A stretch of 64,000 bases of DNA, from IMG/VR virus record IMGVR_UViG_3300028377_000005, positions 51,648-115,647 of that record; one strand, written 5' to 3'. The first letter of the stretch is position 1. Each line of letters begins with the position of its first letter. Below are positions 18,619 to 27,744 of this stretch, piece after piece. Source of the DNA: a virus. The translations under genes were made by a program, and so were the position numbers. The notes under the pieces were generated by a model. It searched no databases. It was not told where the DNA came from and worked only from the letters and a program-made list of their open reading frames with translations.

Positions 18619-18873
18619 TCAGTCGGCGAAATATTCGATGACGTACTCGACCAAATAATGGAAATCGTCTTCGTGCAACACGATTGAACGGGGGTTGCAA
18701 TAGTGTTTGATGGACGCCTCGACCCACTCACGGTTGGGAAGGTACGTGATGTTGCACCCGTCCACGAACTGTTCGATGACTTTTTCGCCGAGGTCCACGA
18801 GTTCTAGCTCATCCCGCTTTTCCTCGTACTTGCCCACCGGCTTTCTGTGGGAGGCGTATTCGACAGTGTTCAT
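18619..18873 (-). CDS. hypothetical protein
   Basis: 84-aa ORF downstream of promoter 18910; GAGGAAGG RBS. Confidence 0.6.
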   Translation of the reverse strand: MNTVEYASHRKPVGKYEEKRDELELVDLGEKVIEQFVDGCNITYLPNREWVEASIKHYCNPRSIVLHEDDFHYLVEYVIEYFAD

Positions 18874-18909
18874 AACCCTTCCTCGGCACTCAGGTAACTA
18901 ATCTACTCC

Positions 18910-18938
18910 TTTATACCTTAGTGTCGAGGGTGTGTCAA
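18910..18938 (-). promoter_or_regulatory. sigma70-like promoter TTGACA-N17-TATAAA
   Basis: Near consensus, intergenic, immediately after a terminator. Confidence 0.75.
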
Positions 18939-18969
18939 AAGAAAAGGCGACCCGGTGAGGGCCGCCTTT
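18937..18969 (-). terminator. intrinsic terminator
   Basis: AAAGGCGGCCC-TCACC-GGGTCGCCTTT followed by TCTTTT. Confidence 0.75.
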
Positions 18970-18981
18970 GGGGGTGTGCTT

Positions 18982-19539
18982 TTACCTCCACGGTAAATTG
19001 CTGCGGTCGGGAGGGCCGATGGGTATGGGTATTTTTTCGTCTTTACCGCGAACCAAATAGATAGTGTCGCAGCACCACCCATCAAAGTCTGTGATGCCAG
19101 AGGTTTCCCAGCTTTGGGGGAAACCGTCCCTTTTGGCGTAGTAACCTAGCGTCATGTGGGGTGTGTAGCCGTACCGCTGCGGAGGCAGCATGTCGACTTT
19201 AGATAGGATATCGAGGTAAGTAGCTCGCCAGATATCTAGCCCGGCCCCGTTGATCAGGAGCCAATGTACGTACATGTCGGGTGCGTTGAAAAACCCCGTG
19301 CCTTCAACCCAAAGCTCGATGGGGTCCATAAGAGAAGCGGTCCTTTTACAGACCTGTAACAGTTGCTCCGCTTGTTCATCATCGGTTTGTCCGAGACGAA
19401 CAAGGGTCATGTGCAAGCCGTTGTTAATCACGTCGTCTTGGGCGTGGTCGTGGGCGTGGTCCAACACCACCTTGGGTGGGTAGATCGCCAGCATCGTCAT
19501 CTGATTGGTGATCGTCGGCGCATTGGCTTCAAAGTCCAT
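18982..19539 (-). CDS. 2H phosphoesterase (LigT/Acb1-like)
   Basis: Two HxT motifs: LHMTL and YTPHMTLGY. Confidence 0.8.
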   Translation of the reverse strand: MDFEANAPTITNQMTMLAIYPPKVVLDHAHDHAQDDVINNGLHMTLVRLGQTDDEQAEQLLQVCKRTASLMDPIELWVEGTGFFNAPDMYVHWLLINGAGLDIWRATYLDILSKVDMLPPQRYGYTPHMTLGYYAKRDGFPQSWETSGITDFDGWCCDTIYLVRGKDEKIPIPIGPPDRSNLPWR

Positions 19540-19624
19540 GCCGATCTCACCTGTTTAGGTTAGTGGGTTTACTCCCTTCCCCTTGAATATCGGAACAATA
19601 TCCATCCCCACCTATGCCGTGTAA

Positions 19625-19993
19625 TTAGGCATTGCCACAGAGGTTTTGTGTGATCTCCAGTTTGCGTACCAGTTCGCGCTTTTTCACGATCTCTTCCGCA
19701 AGATATTTCTGAAAGACCTCTACCGCCTCTTCCATTTCCCTGAATTTTTTATTTGGGGGCGGGTGGTCTAACATCAACCCGTCGCCCATGATGTACATGA
19801 ACTGCCACCACCGGTGATCATCAATCACATTGACACGCCCCGTCAAATGTAAGGCGCATATCTTTTCGTCGCCCTTAAAGAGGGTGCCTGTGATCGACAC
19901 ACCGGTAGAAAAGGTAGCGGGTTCCCATTCCATCTCGGGCATTAACGTTTGCGCCTTCTCTAGGCTTATATCTACTGCTGTCTGTTCAGGCAT
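19625..19993 (-). CDS. hypothetical protein
   Basis: ORF overlapping the IF-1 stop. Confidence 0.55.
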   Translation of the reverse strand: MPEQTAVDISLEKAQTLMPEMEWEPATFSTGVSITGTLFKGDEKICALHLTGRVNVIDDHRWWQFMYIMGDGLMLDHPPPNKKFREMEEAVEVFQKYLAEEIVKKRELVRKLEITQNLCGNA

Positions 19994-20204
19994 GACGGTA
20001 AACGATCCTTCCCTTGGTGAGGTCATAGGGGCTCATTTCCACGTCCACCTCGTCGCCGGGGAGGATGCGGATATTGTGCTTGCGAATTTTACCCGAAATG
20101 TGGCACAGAATCTCGTGCTCGTTTTCAAGCTCGACCCGGAACAGCGCATTGGGAAGGGCTTCCGTAACTTCACCCGTTTGTTCAATCATGTCTTCTTTGC
20201 TCAT
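19986..20204 (-). CDS. infA: translation initiation factor IF-1
   Basis: 72 aa; [60 protein letters not shown]. Confidence 0.97.
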   Translation of the reverse strand: MSKEDMIEQTGEVTEALPNALFRVELENEHEILCHISGKIRKHNIRILPGDEVDVEMSPYDLTKGRIVYRHA

Positions 20205-20209
20205 GCTAC

Positions 20210-20818
20210 TTACTCTCCGTTTTCAAATGGTTTCGACGGTGTGATCTCGATCTGTCCTTGGTACCTACTACGAAACTCCGCCGATCCGTAGGGTACAATG
20301 TCACCTTGGCATGTGGCAAAAGCTACTTGCCCGATCTCCATTTCGGGATAAATCCGAATGGGATGAGCGCATCTGATCTCTAACGTCCACGTTCCATTAA
20401 AACCGACGTCTCCCCACCCACCACAGATATGGGATTCAAGTCCCAGCCGGGCGGTTGACGATCTGCCTTCGTACAACGGAACATGCTCTTTGCAAAAAGT
20501 ACGCTCCAAGGTCCGTCCAAGATACAAGAAGCCCGGCTTTAACACAAGGCCCTCTGTAGGGATACGTATCTTTTCCGCTTCGTTATCTTCACGAAGATCC
20601 AATTCGGGGCGCGGGAAACCTAAATTTTCAGCCCAAGAAGGGGCGGCTTTCCACAGGATCCGGTGATACCATTTACAGCGGGCGACCCGGTAAACCATAA
20701 GCTCTGGGGCCAGACGCACGTTATAGCTGTTCGGATTGAGGAGCTTCGGATCAAAAGGTTCGATCTCGATGTTACCTCTATGGATGTGATCTACTATGGC
20801 TGACTTGGTTAAAAACAT
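20210..20818 (-). CDS. dcd: dCTP deaminase
   Basis: [43 protein letters not shown]. Confidence 0.92.
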   Translation of the reverse strand: MFLTKSAIVDHIHRGNIEIEPFDPKLLNPNSYNVRLAPELMVYRVARCKWYHRILWKAAPSWAENLGFPRPELDLREDNEAEKIRIPTEGLVLKPGFLYLGRTLERTFCKEHVPLYEGRSSTARLGLESHICGGWGDVGFNGTWTLEIRCAHPIRIYPEMEIGQVAFATCQGDIVPYGSAEFRSRYQGQIEITPSKPFENGE

Positions 20819-20865
20819 GCGTCGCTAATCCTTTAGTAACGGCTTTAGGTAGATATAATACGCGG

Positions 20866-21639
20866 TCAGGTACTTGGCGTGGCGACAGCGAACGCGCAGT
20901 CTGGCCAGTTATTTTTGATGGTGGGTAGGGACTCCCTCGGAAGACCATCTAACAGCACCATGTGGCTCTGCGATACGTAGACCGACGAACACCCTTCCGA
21001 AAGTGCCCACTCTTCGATAGTTTCCACTTGCGACGCTTCGCACTGTAGGAGCACACGACAGTGAGACAATTGCGGTTCGGTCATGCGGTCAAACTCTTCC
21101 CAATCCCGGAAATCACCATCGAGCGGGGCGTCCGACATGCCCTCCTCAACCGCTTCGAAAGTGTAATCGCATTCGAAATCCGGCCAGAATTTATCACTCC
21201 ATGCCTGAACGGCTTTCACGATTTCATCTGGAGTCAGAGACGGGCACTCCCAAATCACTGTGGGATTGCTGAATGGATCGGCCACCTCTTCGATGGGGCA
21301 TCCGAAATCCAACTCGCTCAGGCCGAAATCCCCAGCCACTTTCCATTTTTCCGACACCAATCGAGGGGTCACAAGAGTCATGAGGTACACCTGTGATGGC
21401 TGACCCCCTACCGGAATCTCTAACTGTACGTCCGCGTACTGGCCTTGCCTCCCGTTGTCGTAATCAAAGACACGGACCGACGCAGGCATATTTTCAAACC
21501 AATGCTTCATGCCCTCGTAATAAATGCGAAGGCATCGGTTATGGTACTCGGTCTCCGGGTTACTTTCCCGGAGATTCGTCTCGTACCAACGCTTCAGTCG
21601 ATTATAGGACTGGAAGGGAAGTTGCATTACCTGATTCAT
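20866..21639 (-). CDS. hypothetical protein
   Basis: 257-aa ORF. Confidence 0.65.
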   Translation of the reverse strand: MNQVMQLPFQSYNRLKRWYETNLRESNPETEYHNRCLRIYYEGMKHWFENMPASVRVFDYDNGRQGQYADVQLEIPVGGQPSQVYLMTLVTPRLVSEKWKVAGDFGLSELDFGCPIEEVADPFSNPTVIWECPSLTPDEIVKAVQAWSDKFWPDFECDYTFEAVEEGMSDAPLDGDFRDWEEFDRMTEPQLSHCRVLLQCEASQVETIEEWALSEGCSSVYVSQSHMVLLDGLPRESLPTIKNNWPDCAFAVATPST

Positions 21640-21722
21640 CTAATCACCCAAGCCCAAGCAAAAGGAGGACCTATTACCATCTCGTATAGGGAGTAATATC
21701 AAATAGCTATTGAAACGTCAAA

Positions 21723-22649
21723 ATGGATAACCTACAGCCAAGGGATCAAGCCTTGTTTCTACAAGACATCAGTCAAACGCCTGCTTTCGGAAAAGGCGTC
21801 CGCGTTTTCGAAGTGTACCCGGAAACGATCAACGACCTCTACCACAAGGGGTATGTCGACCTTGATGAGGATACCCCCGTGTATCCCAACCAGCCTCTTA
21901 TTCTTAGAGCGGGTCAACAGTCGGCACTGGCGTATGTAAGTCGGTCCGGCGATCAAATTCTTTGCGTCGACCCTGAAGTATCTTATTTCAAGATCAAGGG
22001 ACGCAACAAAGAACAAACCCTGCTCCTCAATCTGTTCCAAGATCCCGATATCCGACTCGTGGTTGTTACTGGAGCTGCCGGAACAGGTAAGACCGTTTGT
22101 ATCGGAGGGTATGCCCTTCACCAACTTTTCCGAGTAGGGGATTACCGAAAACTCACCATGTCAAAGCCCCTTGAGATCGTAACCCGGTCGAAATATTGGG
22201 GAACTGTACCCGGAGGGGAAAATGAAAAGTTCGCCCCGTTCCTTAAAAGCTATTCGATCCTATTTGAAGGGTTGATCGGGGAACGCGGAAAAGCGTATGT
22301 CGAAACTGCCATGCAACAGGGGACCATCGACTTCATGCCTGTAGAATTGATGCGTGGCGTCAGCCTCAAGAACTCTATCGTGTGGTACGACGAAGCCCAG
22401 AACCTCAACCACCACGAAATGGAAACGCTGGGTTCCCGTATTGATGATGTGGGTGGTTCGAAACTCATTTTGAGCGGCGACCTCAACCAGCAGGATGGTC
22501 GGATCACTGAAAGCCAAACCGGCCTTTACCGACTCCTAAGCAGCTCCCACTTCTTGAACTCCCCACACACGGCTCACGTTCATCTGGTACAGAACGAACG
22601 TGGTGTGATCTCCCAACTATTTTTCGACGTTTTCAATACCAGCGACTAA
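21723..22649 (+). CDS. phoH: PhoH family protein
   Basis: RNKEQ, GAAGTGKT, MRGVSL..DEAQN, SGDLNQQD, ERG. Confidence 0.9.
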   Translation: MDNLQPRDQALFLQDISQTPAFGKGVRVFEVYPETINDLYHKGYVDLDEDTPVYPNQPLILRAGQQSALAYVSRSGDQILCVDPEVSYFKIKGRNKEQTLLLNLFQDPDIRLVVVTGAAGTGKTVCIGGYALHQLFRVGDYRKLTMSKPLEIVTRSKYWGTVPGGENEKFAPFLKSYSILFEGLIGERGKAYVETAMQQGTIDFMPVELMRGVSLKNSIVWYDEAQNLNHHEMETLGSRIDDVGGSKLILSGDLNQQDGRITESQTGLYRLLSSSHFLNSPHTAHVHLVQNERGVISQLFFDVFNTSD

Positions 22650-22656
22650 TCTATGG

Positions 22657-22687
22657 TAGGCCCCCGGCTTCGGGTTGGGGGCCTACT
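22657..22687. terminator. GC hairpin between convergent genes
   Basis: GTAGGCCCCCGGC-TTCGG-GTTGGGGGCCTAC. Confidence 0.55.
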
Positions 22688-23960
22688 CATCTCCCCTGCT
22701 GTACTTCCAGATAGTATCCGGCAATTTCAACGTAATCGTGGCTCGGCAAGAGCACGTGACCAGCGGCTGTGACCTTTTCGGTGAACCTACGAAGATGCTT
22801 ACGCCCACCTTGATAGGCCCTTCATAGGCGAACACAGACGAAGCGTTATTGTCCCGAGGGGTGAGCGTTTTGATATCTAGCTCTTCGGGGAACACGTCAG
22901 TCCGCGCATAGTCCGGCGTCCCTAAGAAAGTGATGCCTTCCCGCCCGTAAAGACCTTCGAACTCTTCGAGCGATATATCATAGGCATAGGCGTTTGATTG
23001 CCTGTAGAGCGTGTCGTGGATACCCCACAAGAGGTCGGTAGCCAGTGTAGCTACCGATAGCCCTTCGAACGGATCGTCAAGCAGAGCACGGTCCTCACGC
23101 ATCGAGAAAAGCGCCGACGTCTTGAACGTAGTTTTTCGTTGGTCTTTTTTCCTAGCTTTTGGCTGCAAGTCTTTAGGGTGTCGCCACGTACTACCCGCCG
23201 TATTACTTGACGTATACGTAGTATCTCCGCGTGTCGAATACCACCACTTGTTACCCCCGTAGTCATCGGTGAATGTAGTAGCTCCGCCCCACCTGCCTTC
23301 GTAATAAGAGATGTATTTTTGGGTGTTGATATGCCGGTCTTCCGTAAGGAAATCGTAGCGACCCTCCATGTCTAGCGATATTTGCGCATTGAGCCAAGAT
23401 CGCACCTTACCGACGAGACCTTTCTTGAACCCGTAAACTTCATCTGAAAGGGTCTTTTTGAACGCGGGTGCCGCAAAGAGCAGGGTGAGGTTGGAGCGGA
23501 CCGTCTGAGACGTCGCATGTAGTTCTTCAAGGGCGGCGTCTAGCTTGGTCTGGATGTAAAACTCAGCGAACGGGTCACGTTCGATAAGCGGCTCGACCAT
23601 GCTTCGCATCTGTGCGGCTACGAGGTCCCGGACCTTAGACCCTTTACGGTTAAGCAGGATCCAGTCTCTGGCCATCGTGTGTATAAGGGATGCGCTATCA
23701 CGGTCGAGGTTGGGAAGTCCCTTACGGAGCGCCTCGTGGAATTGTGGGAGGCTTTTGTAATCGGGTAGTTTGTAATCGGCCCAATGACCGAAAGCGACCT
23801 TGAAAGCATAAGCAAAGTCACCGTCCTGTTGGCGGAGTTCGTATCGGTAGTGTGCTTGGACACGATCACGTGAAGCCCAGCGGGCCGCCCGTCTTTCGAT
23901 CGTAGGCTTGACGCTGGGCATTTCACCCTGTATGCGGTCCCGATTTTCCAGCCGTTTCAT
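22683..23960 (-). CDS. hypothetical protein
   Basis: Long ORF; start taken at MKRLENR, downstream of the AAA-gene hairpin. Confidence 0.7.
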   Translation of the reverse strand: MKRLENRDRIQGEMPSVKPTIERRAARWASRDRVQAHYRYELRQQDGDFAYAFKVAFGHWADYKLPDYKSLPQFHEALRKGLPNLDRDSASLIHTMARDWILLNRKGSKVRDLVAAQMRSMVEPLIERDPFAEFYIQTKLDAALEELHATSQTVRSNLTLLFAAPAFKKTLSDEVYGFKKGLVGKVRSWLNAQISLDMEGRYDFLTEDRHINTQKYISYYEGRWGGATTFTDDYGGNKWWYSTRGDTTYTSSNTAGSTWRHPKDLQPKARKKDQRKTTFKTSALFSMREDRALLDDPFEGLSVATLATDLLWGIHDTLYRQSNAYAYDISLEEFEGLYGREGITFLGTPDYARTDVFPEELDIKTLTPRDNNASSVFAYEGPIKVGVSIFVGSPKRSQPLVTCSCRATITLKLPDTIWKYSRGDE

Positions 23961-23994
23961 GCGCTTCGCCTTCCGAGGGGTTTCGTAATACCAA

Positions 23995-24026
23995 AAAGGG
24001 GACCCCAATCTATGGGATCCCCTTTC
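23995..24026 (-). terminator. terminator after the AAA ATPase
   Basis: AAAGGGGATCCCA-TAGAT-TGGGGTCCCCTTT followed by TT on the minus strand. Confidence 0.6.
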
Positions 24027-24045
24027 CAACTTCGGGGTCGTCCCC

Positions 24046-25722
24046 TTAGTTCAGGTTGTCGGCGTCGGCGTCTTTTTTGCCGAACAGGTTGTTGAGTCGG
24101 TTACCCGAACCTCCCTCACCTTCGGCATAAATCACATCGGCCTCTACGACGTCCTCACCGGAAGCGTAACGGGCACGCACACCTTCGCGACGGTTCGCAT
24201 CCCAGCCTACCCAATCGAGTAGCTCTTGGATTTCCTCTTGCATCGTCAGCACAAGCGGAGGCTTGGTGCGGATGACGTCGAGGATGATTTCGGTCGTGAC
24301 CTCTTTTTCGTCGGACATGAACGCCTTACGGATAGCATCACATGCCACCTGTTCGATTTCACGGCCCGTAAGCTGGTCGGACGTGTCCGCCATTTCGGCG
24401 AAGTCCAGATCGTCCATGTCGCCCATCGAATCGTTCCAGTATTTTTCGAACTGGATACGAAAGCAATCTTCGCGGGCTTGACGTGCCGGAAGCCCCACGA
24501 AATATTTCTCTTCGAAACGACTGATAAGCTCGGGCGGCAAGTTGCCGATACCGTTAGCCGTGGCGATGATGAAAATGTCCTCGTCGTGGTCTTGGAACCA
24601 CGAAAGGAACGTACCAATCACGCGGGCCGTTGTACCGGAGTCGCTGTATGACGAGGACTGGATACCCGCCAGACCCTTTTCGATTTCGTCGATGAACACG
24701 ACGCACGGGGCCACAGCTTCGATGTAGTTGAGCGCTGCCCGCATGTTGCGCTCTGAATCACCAACCCGGCTGCTGAAAAGGTTGGAAGGATCGAACTTCA
24801 CGAACGTCACACCCATTTCGTTGGCCAGCGCCTTTGCGATAAGGGACTTACCGCAACCGGGAACGCCAACCTGTAGAAGGCCGCGAGACACGGGGACACC
24901 GTACTCTTTGCCTTCGGGGGTCCATGCCGAACGGACTTCGTAGAGGCGCTCTTTGAGCTTGTCCAGACCGGCGATATCGTTGAAGTCGATATCGGTTTCG
25001 AGCAACTCCAGAAGGCTGGTTTTCTGGATGATACCCTTGCGGTAGTTTTGCATGTCCTCAAGGGTCACACTCAAGTCTTGCGCCGCTGCGTAATGGATGA
25101 TGGTTTCCTTGATTTGGAAAACCGTCAGTCCACGGCACGCTTCCACAAAGGTCTGCGGAATGTCGTCGCCTTCACGATCGGAGGGCAGTGTGAAACTCTG
25201 GTCGTAGCTCTGGATCACCGCTTCGACCGATTGCAACACCTTCAGAATCAATTCGTCCGAGGGTGCATCGAAATCGTGGACAACCGCATAGGGTTCGAGT
25301 GCGTGCGGAACCTTGCCCGTCTGACTCACCAGAACCACGGTTCGGGTTGCCCGATCGTTGTGCGACGAAGACACGGCGATGTTCTTGAGCCGACGCTGAA
25401 CCTGTTGGTCTTGCATGAACCGATCGGCGTCCAACATGACGTAGTACAGGCTGTTCTCGTCCGGTGCCTGCGGCGTCTTGTACATGTTGATGAGCGCCTG
25501 ATGGACATTGACCGTATCCTTGTCCGTGGGGTGGTTCAAGGCGTTCCACTCGTCGATATAGCGGCCCGATTCCATCATGCCGAACGTGACGTTCCAGACG
25601 AACATCTCGTCCTTTTTGCCGATGGATTTGTGCAACTCTTCGATCAAGCGGTCTTCCTCGTGAGTTTTAATGACGAGGAGACGCGGTAGGGACCGAAGAT
25701 ACCCTTCCAATTCGTTATTCAT
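24046..25722 (-). CDS. Ycf46-like AAA+ ATPase
   Basis: N-terminal KTHEEDR; GLDKLK, GVPGCGKS, VGDSE, FIDEIEKG, DSGTTARVIGTFLSW, ATAN, LPPELISRFEEKYFVGLP. Confidence 0.9.
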   Translation of the reverse strand: MNNELEGYLRSLPRLLVIKTHEEDRLIEELHKSIGKKDEMFVWNVTFGMMESGRYIDEWNALNHPTDKDTVNVHQALINMYKTPQAPDENSLYYVMLDADRFMQDQQVQRRLKNIAVSSSHNDRATRTVVLVSQTGKVPHALEPYAVVHDFDAPSDELILKVLQSVEAVIQSYDQSFTLPSDREGDDIPQTFVEACRGLTVFQIKETIIHYAAAQDLSVTLEDMQNYRKGIIQKTSLLELLETDIDFNDIAGLDKLKERLYEVRSAWTPEGKEYGVPVSRGLLQVGVPGCGKSLIAKALANEMGVTFVKFDPSNLFSSRVGDSERNMRAALNYIEAVAPCVVFIDEIEKGLAGIQSSSYSDSGTTARVIGTFLSWFQDHDEDIFIIATANGIGNLPPELISRFEEKYFVGLPARQAREDCFRIQFEKYWNDSMGDMDDLDFAEMADTSDQLTGREIEQVACDAIRKAFMSDEKEVTTEIILDVIRTKPPLVLTMQEEIQELLDWVGWDANRREGVRARYASGEDVVEADVIYAEGEGGSGNRLNNLFGKKDADADNLN

Positions 25723-25768
25723 TTACTTTCCTTAATGCGTGTCGTAGTGGCTTCTTGGTACGTATCGT

Positions 25769-25796
25769 ATTGTACTGGATTGGGAGGGCGTGTCAA
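25769..25796 (-). promoter_or_regulatory. sigma70-like promoter TTGACA-N16-TACAAT
   Basis: Intergenic, upstream of the AAA ATPase. Confidence 0.65.
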
Positions 25797-25800
25797 CCGC

Positions 25801-26286
25801 CTATTTCAAGGGCGTCTTACCCATGAGTTCATAGGTTTCTTTGTCACTCATGTTTTCGCGCTTTTCCCATTCGGCAGGCTTTTCCTCGACGTAGGGTACA
25901 CGGCTTACTGGAATTTGTTTCTGTACCGTTTCGCAGTCGAGGATAAGGGCCAGTATTTCATCCCCTTCAGGTCCACAGATAAGCATGTTGCTTTCGGTAC
26001 CACACCCACCACACAGAACCCGAAGATCCTTTCCGGCAGACAAGACGTGGTGCGCCCAAATGCTGTTCTCTTTACTGTCTTTACTGATAGGGGTTTCCCG
26101 GAAATCCACGTCGGCGTCAGTGAAAACAAGCTCTTTCGGGATCCCCAGAGAAATACCTACAGCGAGGTCGTATTGAGGGTCCGCGATGTATAGGACAGGT
26201 TTCCCGCAATCACACACGTATTCTTTGCAATCGTATTTTTCGTCTGTGAGCGTTTCGTTGACCAGAAGGTCTTGTGGGGTAAGCAT
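25801..26286 (-). CDS. Zn-binding hypothetical protein, paralog A
   Basis: CDC..DPQYDLAVGISLGIPKELVF..WAHHVL..CGGC; GAGGTG RBS. Confidence 0.75.
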   Translation of the reverse strand: MLTPQDLLVNETLTDEKYDCKEYVCDCGKPVLYIADPQYDLAVGISLGIPKELVFTDADVDFRETPISKDSKENSIWAHHVLSAGKDLRVLCGGCGTESNMLICGPEGDEILALILDCETVQKQIPVSRVPYVEEKPAEWEKRENMSDKETYELMGKTPLK

Positions 26287-26309
26287 CGTATCACCTCGTA
26301 GGGGATATA

Positions 26310-26338
26310 AAAATAGGGGCAACGTTGCCGTGCCCCTA
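26310..26338 (-). terminator. intrinsic terminator abutting a promoter -10 box
   Basis: TAGGGGCA-CGGCAACGT-TGCCCCTA followed by TTTTT. Confidence 0.55.
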
Positions 26339-26367
26339 CCTTACCCCTAACGTCCGCCCCGTGTCAA
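26338..26367 (-). promoter_or_regulatory. sigma70-like promoter TTGACA-N18-TAAGGT
   Basis: Intergenic; GG before the -10 box as in the other promoters. Confidence 0.45.
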
Positions 26368-26373
26368 AGATAA

Positions 26374-26883
26374 TCAATCTTCCAAGTTCCATTCCGTTTT
26401 GGGATGGGCTAGGAATCCGATACGGTCTTTCGGGATGGGTTTGTCGACGTGCTCATGCTTGACAGTCAGGACCAAGAGGCCGCCGTCTTTGCAGATAACG
26501 TATTGGTTTTCGTGGTCGCATTCGGGACAGGCAAACGAATAGATGTTGCCCGTAGCCAGTACGTGTCGCGACCAGAAACCTACCTCGCCCTTGCGAATTT
26601 CACCCTTGAGTTCGGTGAAAATCAACTCGATAGGAATCGAAGTTGATAACCCCACTTCGAGATCGTATTCCGGCTCAATGATGTTGAGAATGGGGGCTTC
26701 GCAGTCCGAGTTTTCACACGGAACAGTGAGACAGAGATAGTCGGATTGCGTAAATGGGCCGTTCGAGGTAATAGCAACCTTTGCGGTCCCAAAACGCCCT
26801 GCGGAAGAGACGATAGGTCCATCGTCTTGGTTTTCCGTCTGTTTGGTCTGGGCGTTCTCGATGAGACGCTTGAAACGGCTCAT
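26374..26883 (-). CDS. Zn-binding hypothetical protein, paralog B
   Basis: CENSDC..EPEYDLEVGLSTSIPIELIF..WSRHVL..CPEC. Confidence 0.75.
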   Translation of the reverse strand: MSRFKRLIENAQTKQTENQDDGPIVSSAGRFGTAKVAITSNGPFTQSDYLCLTVPCENSDCEAPILNIIEPEYDLEVGLSTSIPIELIFTELKGEIRKGEVGFWSRHVLATGNIYSFACPECDHENQYVICKDGGLLVLTVKHEHVDKPIPKDRIGFLAHPKTEWNLED

Positions 26884-26919
26884 AATAAACCTCGTGCGAA
26901 TATGTTCTAGTATTTAATT

Positions 26920-26964
26920 TTGACAACCCCGAACCACTAGGGTATATGTTAGTGGTTCGGGGTT
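26920..26964 (+). promoter_or_regulatory. antisense-oriented promoter motif TTGACA-N17-TATATG-TTAGTG inside a 15-bp perfect inverted repeat
   Basis: AACCCCGAACCACTA (26925-26939) pairs with TAGTGGTTCGGGGTT (26950-26964). Confidence 0.55.
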
Positions 26965-26999
26965 TCGATCCAACCCCTAAAGGCTAGACCCGGTTCGAT

Positions 27000-27386
27000 T
27001 TAGAACGATGCTCGCGAACGAATCACGATATCGCCTTCATCGATGACGTCGCCGAACCCTTCGATGTAGGTTCCAGCGGACGCTTCGAAAGTCTCGTCGA
27101 CCTGATGGCCTTCGAGCATCATGGTATCGAGCGCGAGGTTCTTGTTGTACACCTGAAAGAGGCGGTTCTGGACGAAGTTTTTCGCGTTGCGATCATCTTC
27201 GTCGAAGTGAACTTCTTGCGTATCGGTGTTGACACCCGCGCCAGTGTACATGAAGTTCTGGCCTTCAGCACCTTTCACGCGGAACCAAGCGCCTTCCTTG
27301 CGGAAGTTGGCTTCCAGATCGTTGAGCGACTGCTCAACAAGTTCTTCACGACCCATCTTTGTTTCAATAGTAATGCGTCTCGACAT
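27000..27386 (-). CDS. DUF1257/Ycf35-like protein
   Basis: MSRRITIETKM..LVEQSLNDL..FDED..LFQVY..LEGHQV; size and position near a Ycf46-like ATPase. Confidence 0.65.
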   Translation of the reverse strand: MSRRITIETKMGREELVEQSLNDLEANFRKEGAWFRVKGAEGQNFMYTGAGVNTDTQEVHFDEDDRNAKNFVQNRLFQVYNKNLALDTMMLEGHQVDETFEASAGTYIEGFGDVIDEGDIVIRSRASF

Positions 27387-27491
27387 GTCGATTACCTCTA
27401 GTTGGGTAAAAGGGCTTGTAGCCCGTTAACTACGGGCTTACTCATGTAAGCCCTATTCCCTGCAGGGGAACTCTGTGAATTTTGCGATGAA

Positions 27492-27695
27492 TCAGTCGAT
27501 GCCGATGTGGCCAGTCTCGTGGACCGGCGCGCAATCGCCATCCGGCAATTCTTCATCGTCCGTGATGGTACCCATCTTGCGGGCCGCCACGTAGATGTTT
27601 TGGCACAGGTGCTGACCGCGATCAACCACCTGCTGAATGACAGACCCGTCCTTTTTGATGACGGTGATGTACTCCATGTCCCCATTGTTCGCCAT
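27492..27695 (-). CDS. DUF2997-like protein
   Basis: IKKDGSVIQQV..GQHLC..MGTITDDEELPD matches the I..DG.V..V..G..C..G pattern; AGGAG RBS. Confidence 0.65.
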   Translation of the reverse strand: MANNGDMEYITVIKKDGSVIQQVVDRGQHLCQNIYVAARKMGTITDDEELPDGDCAPVHETGHIGID

Positions 27696-27744
27696 GCGAA
27701 TTCTCCTAGTCGTTCGTGTAATTAAACCGTTTTAAGGGACCCTA

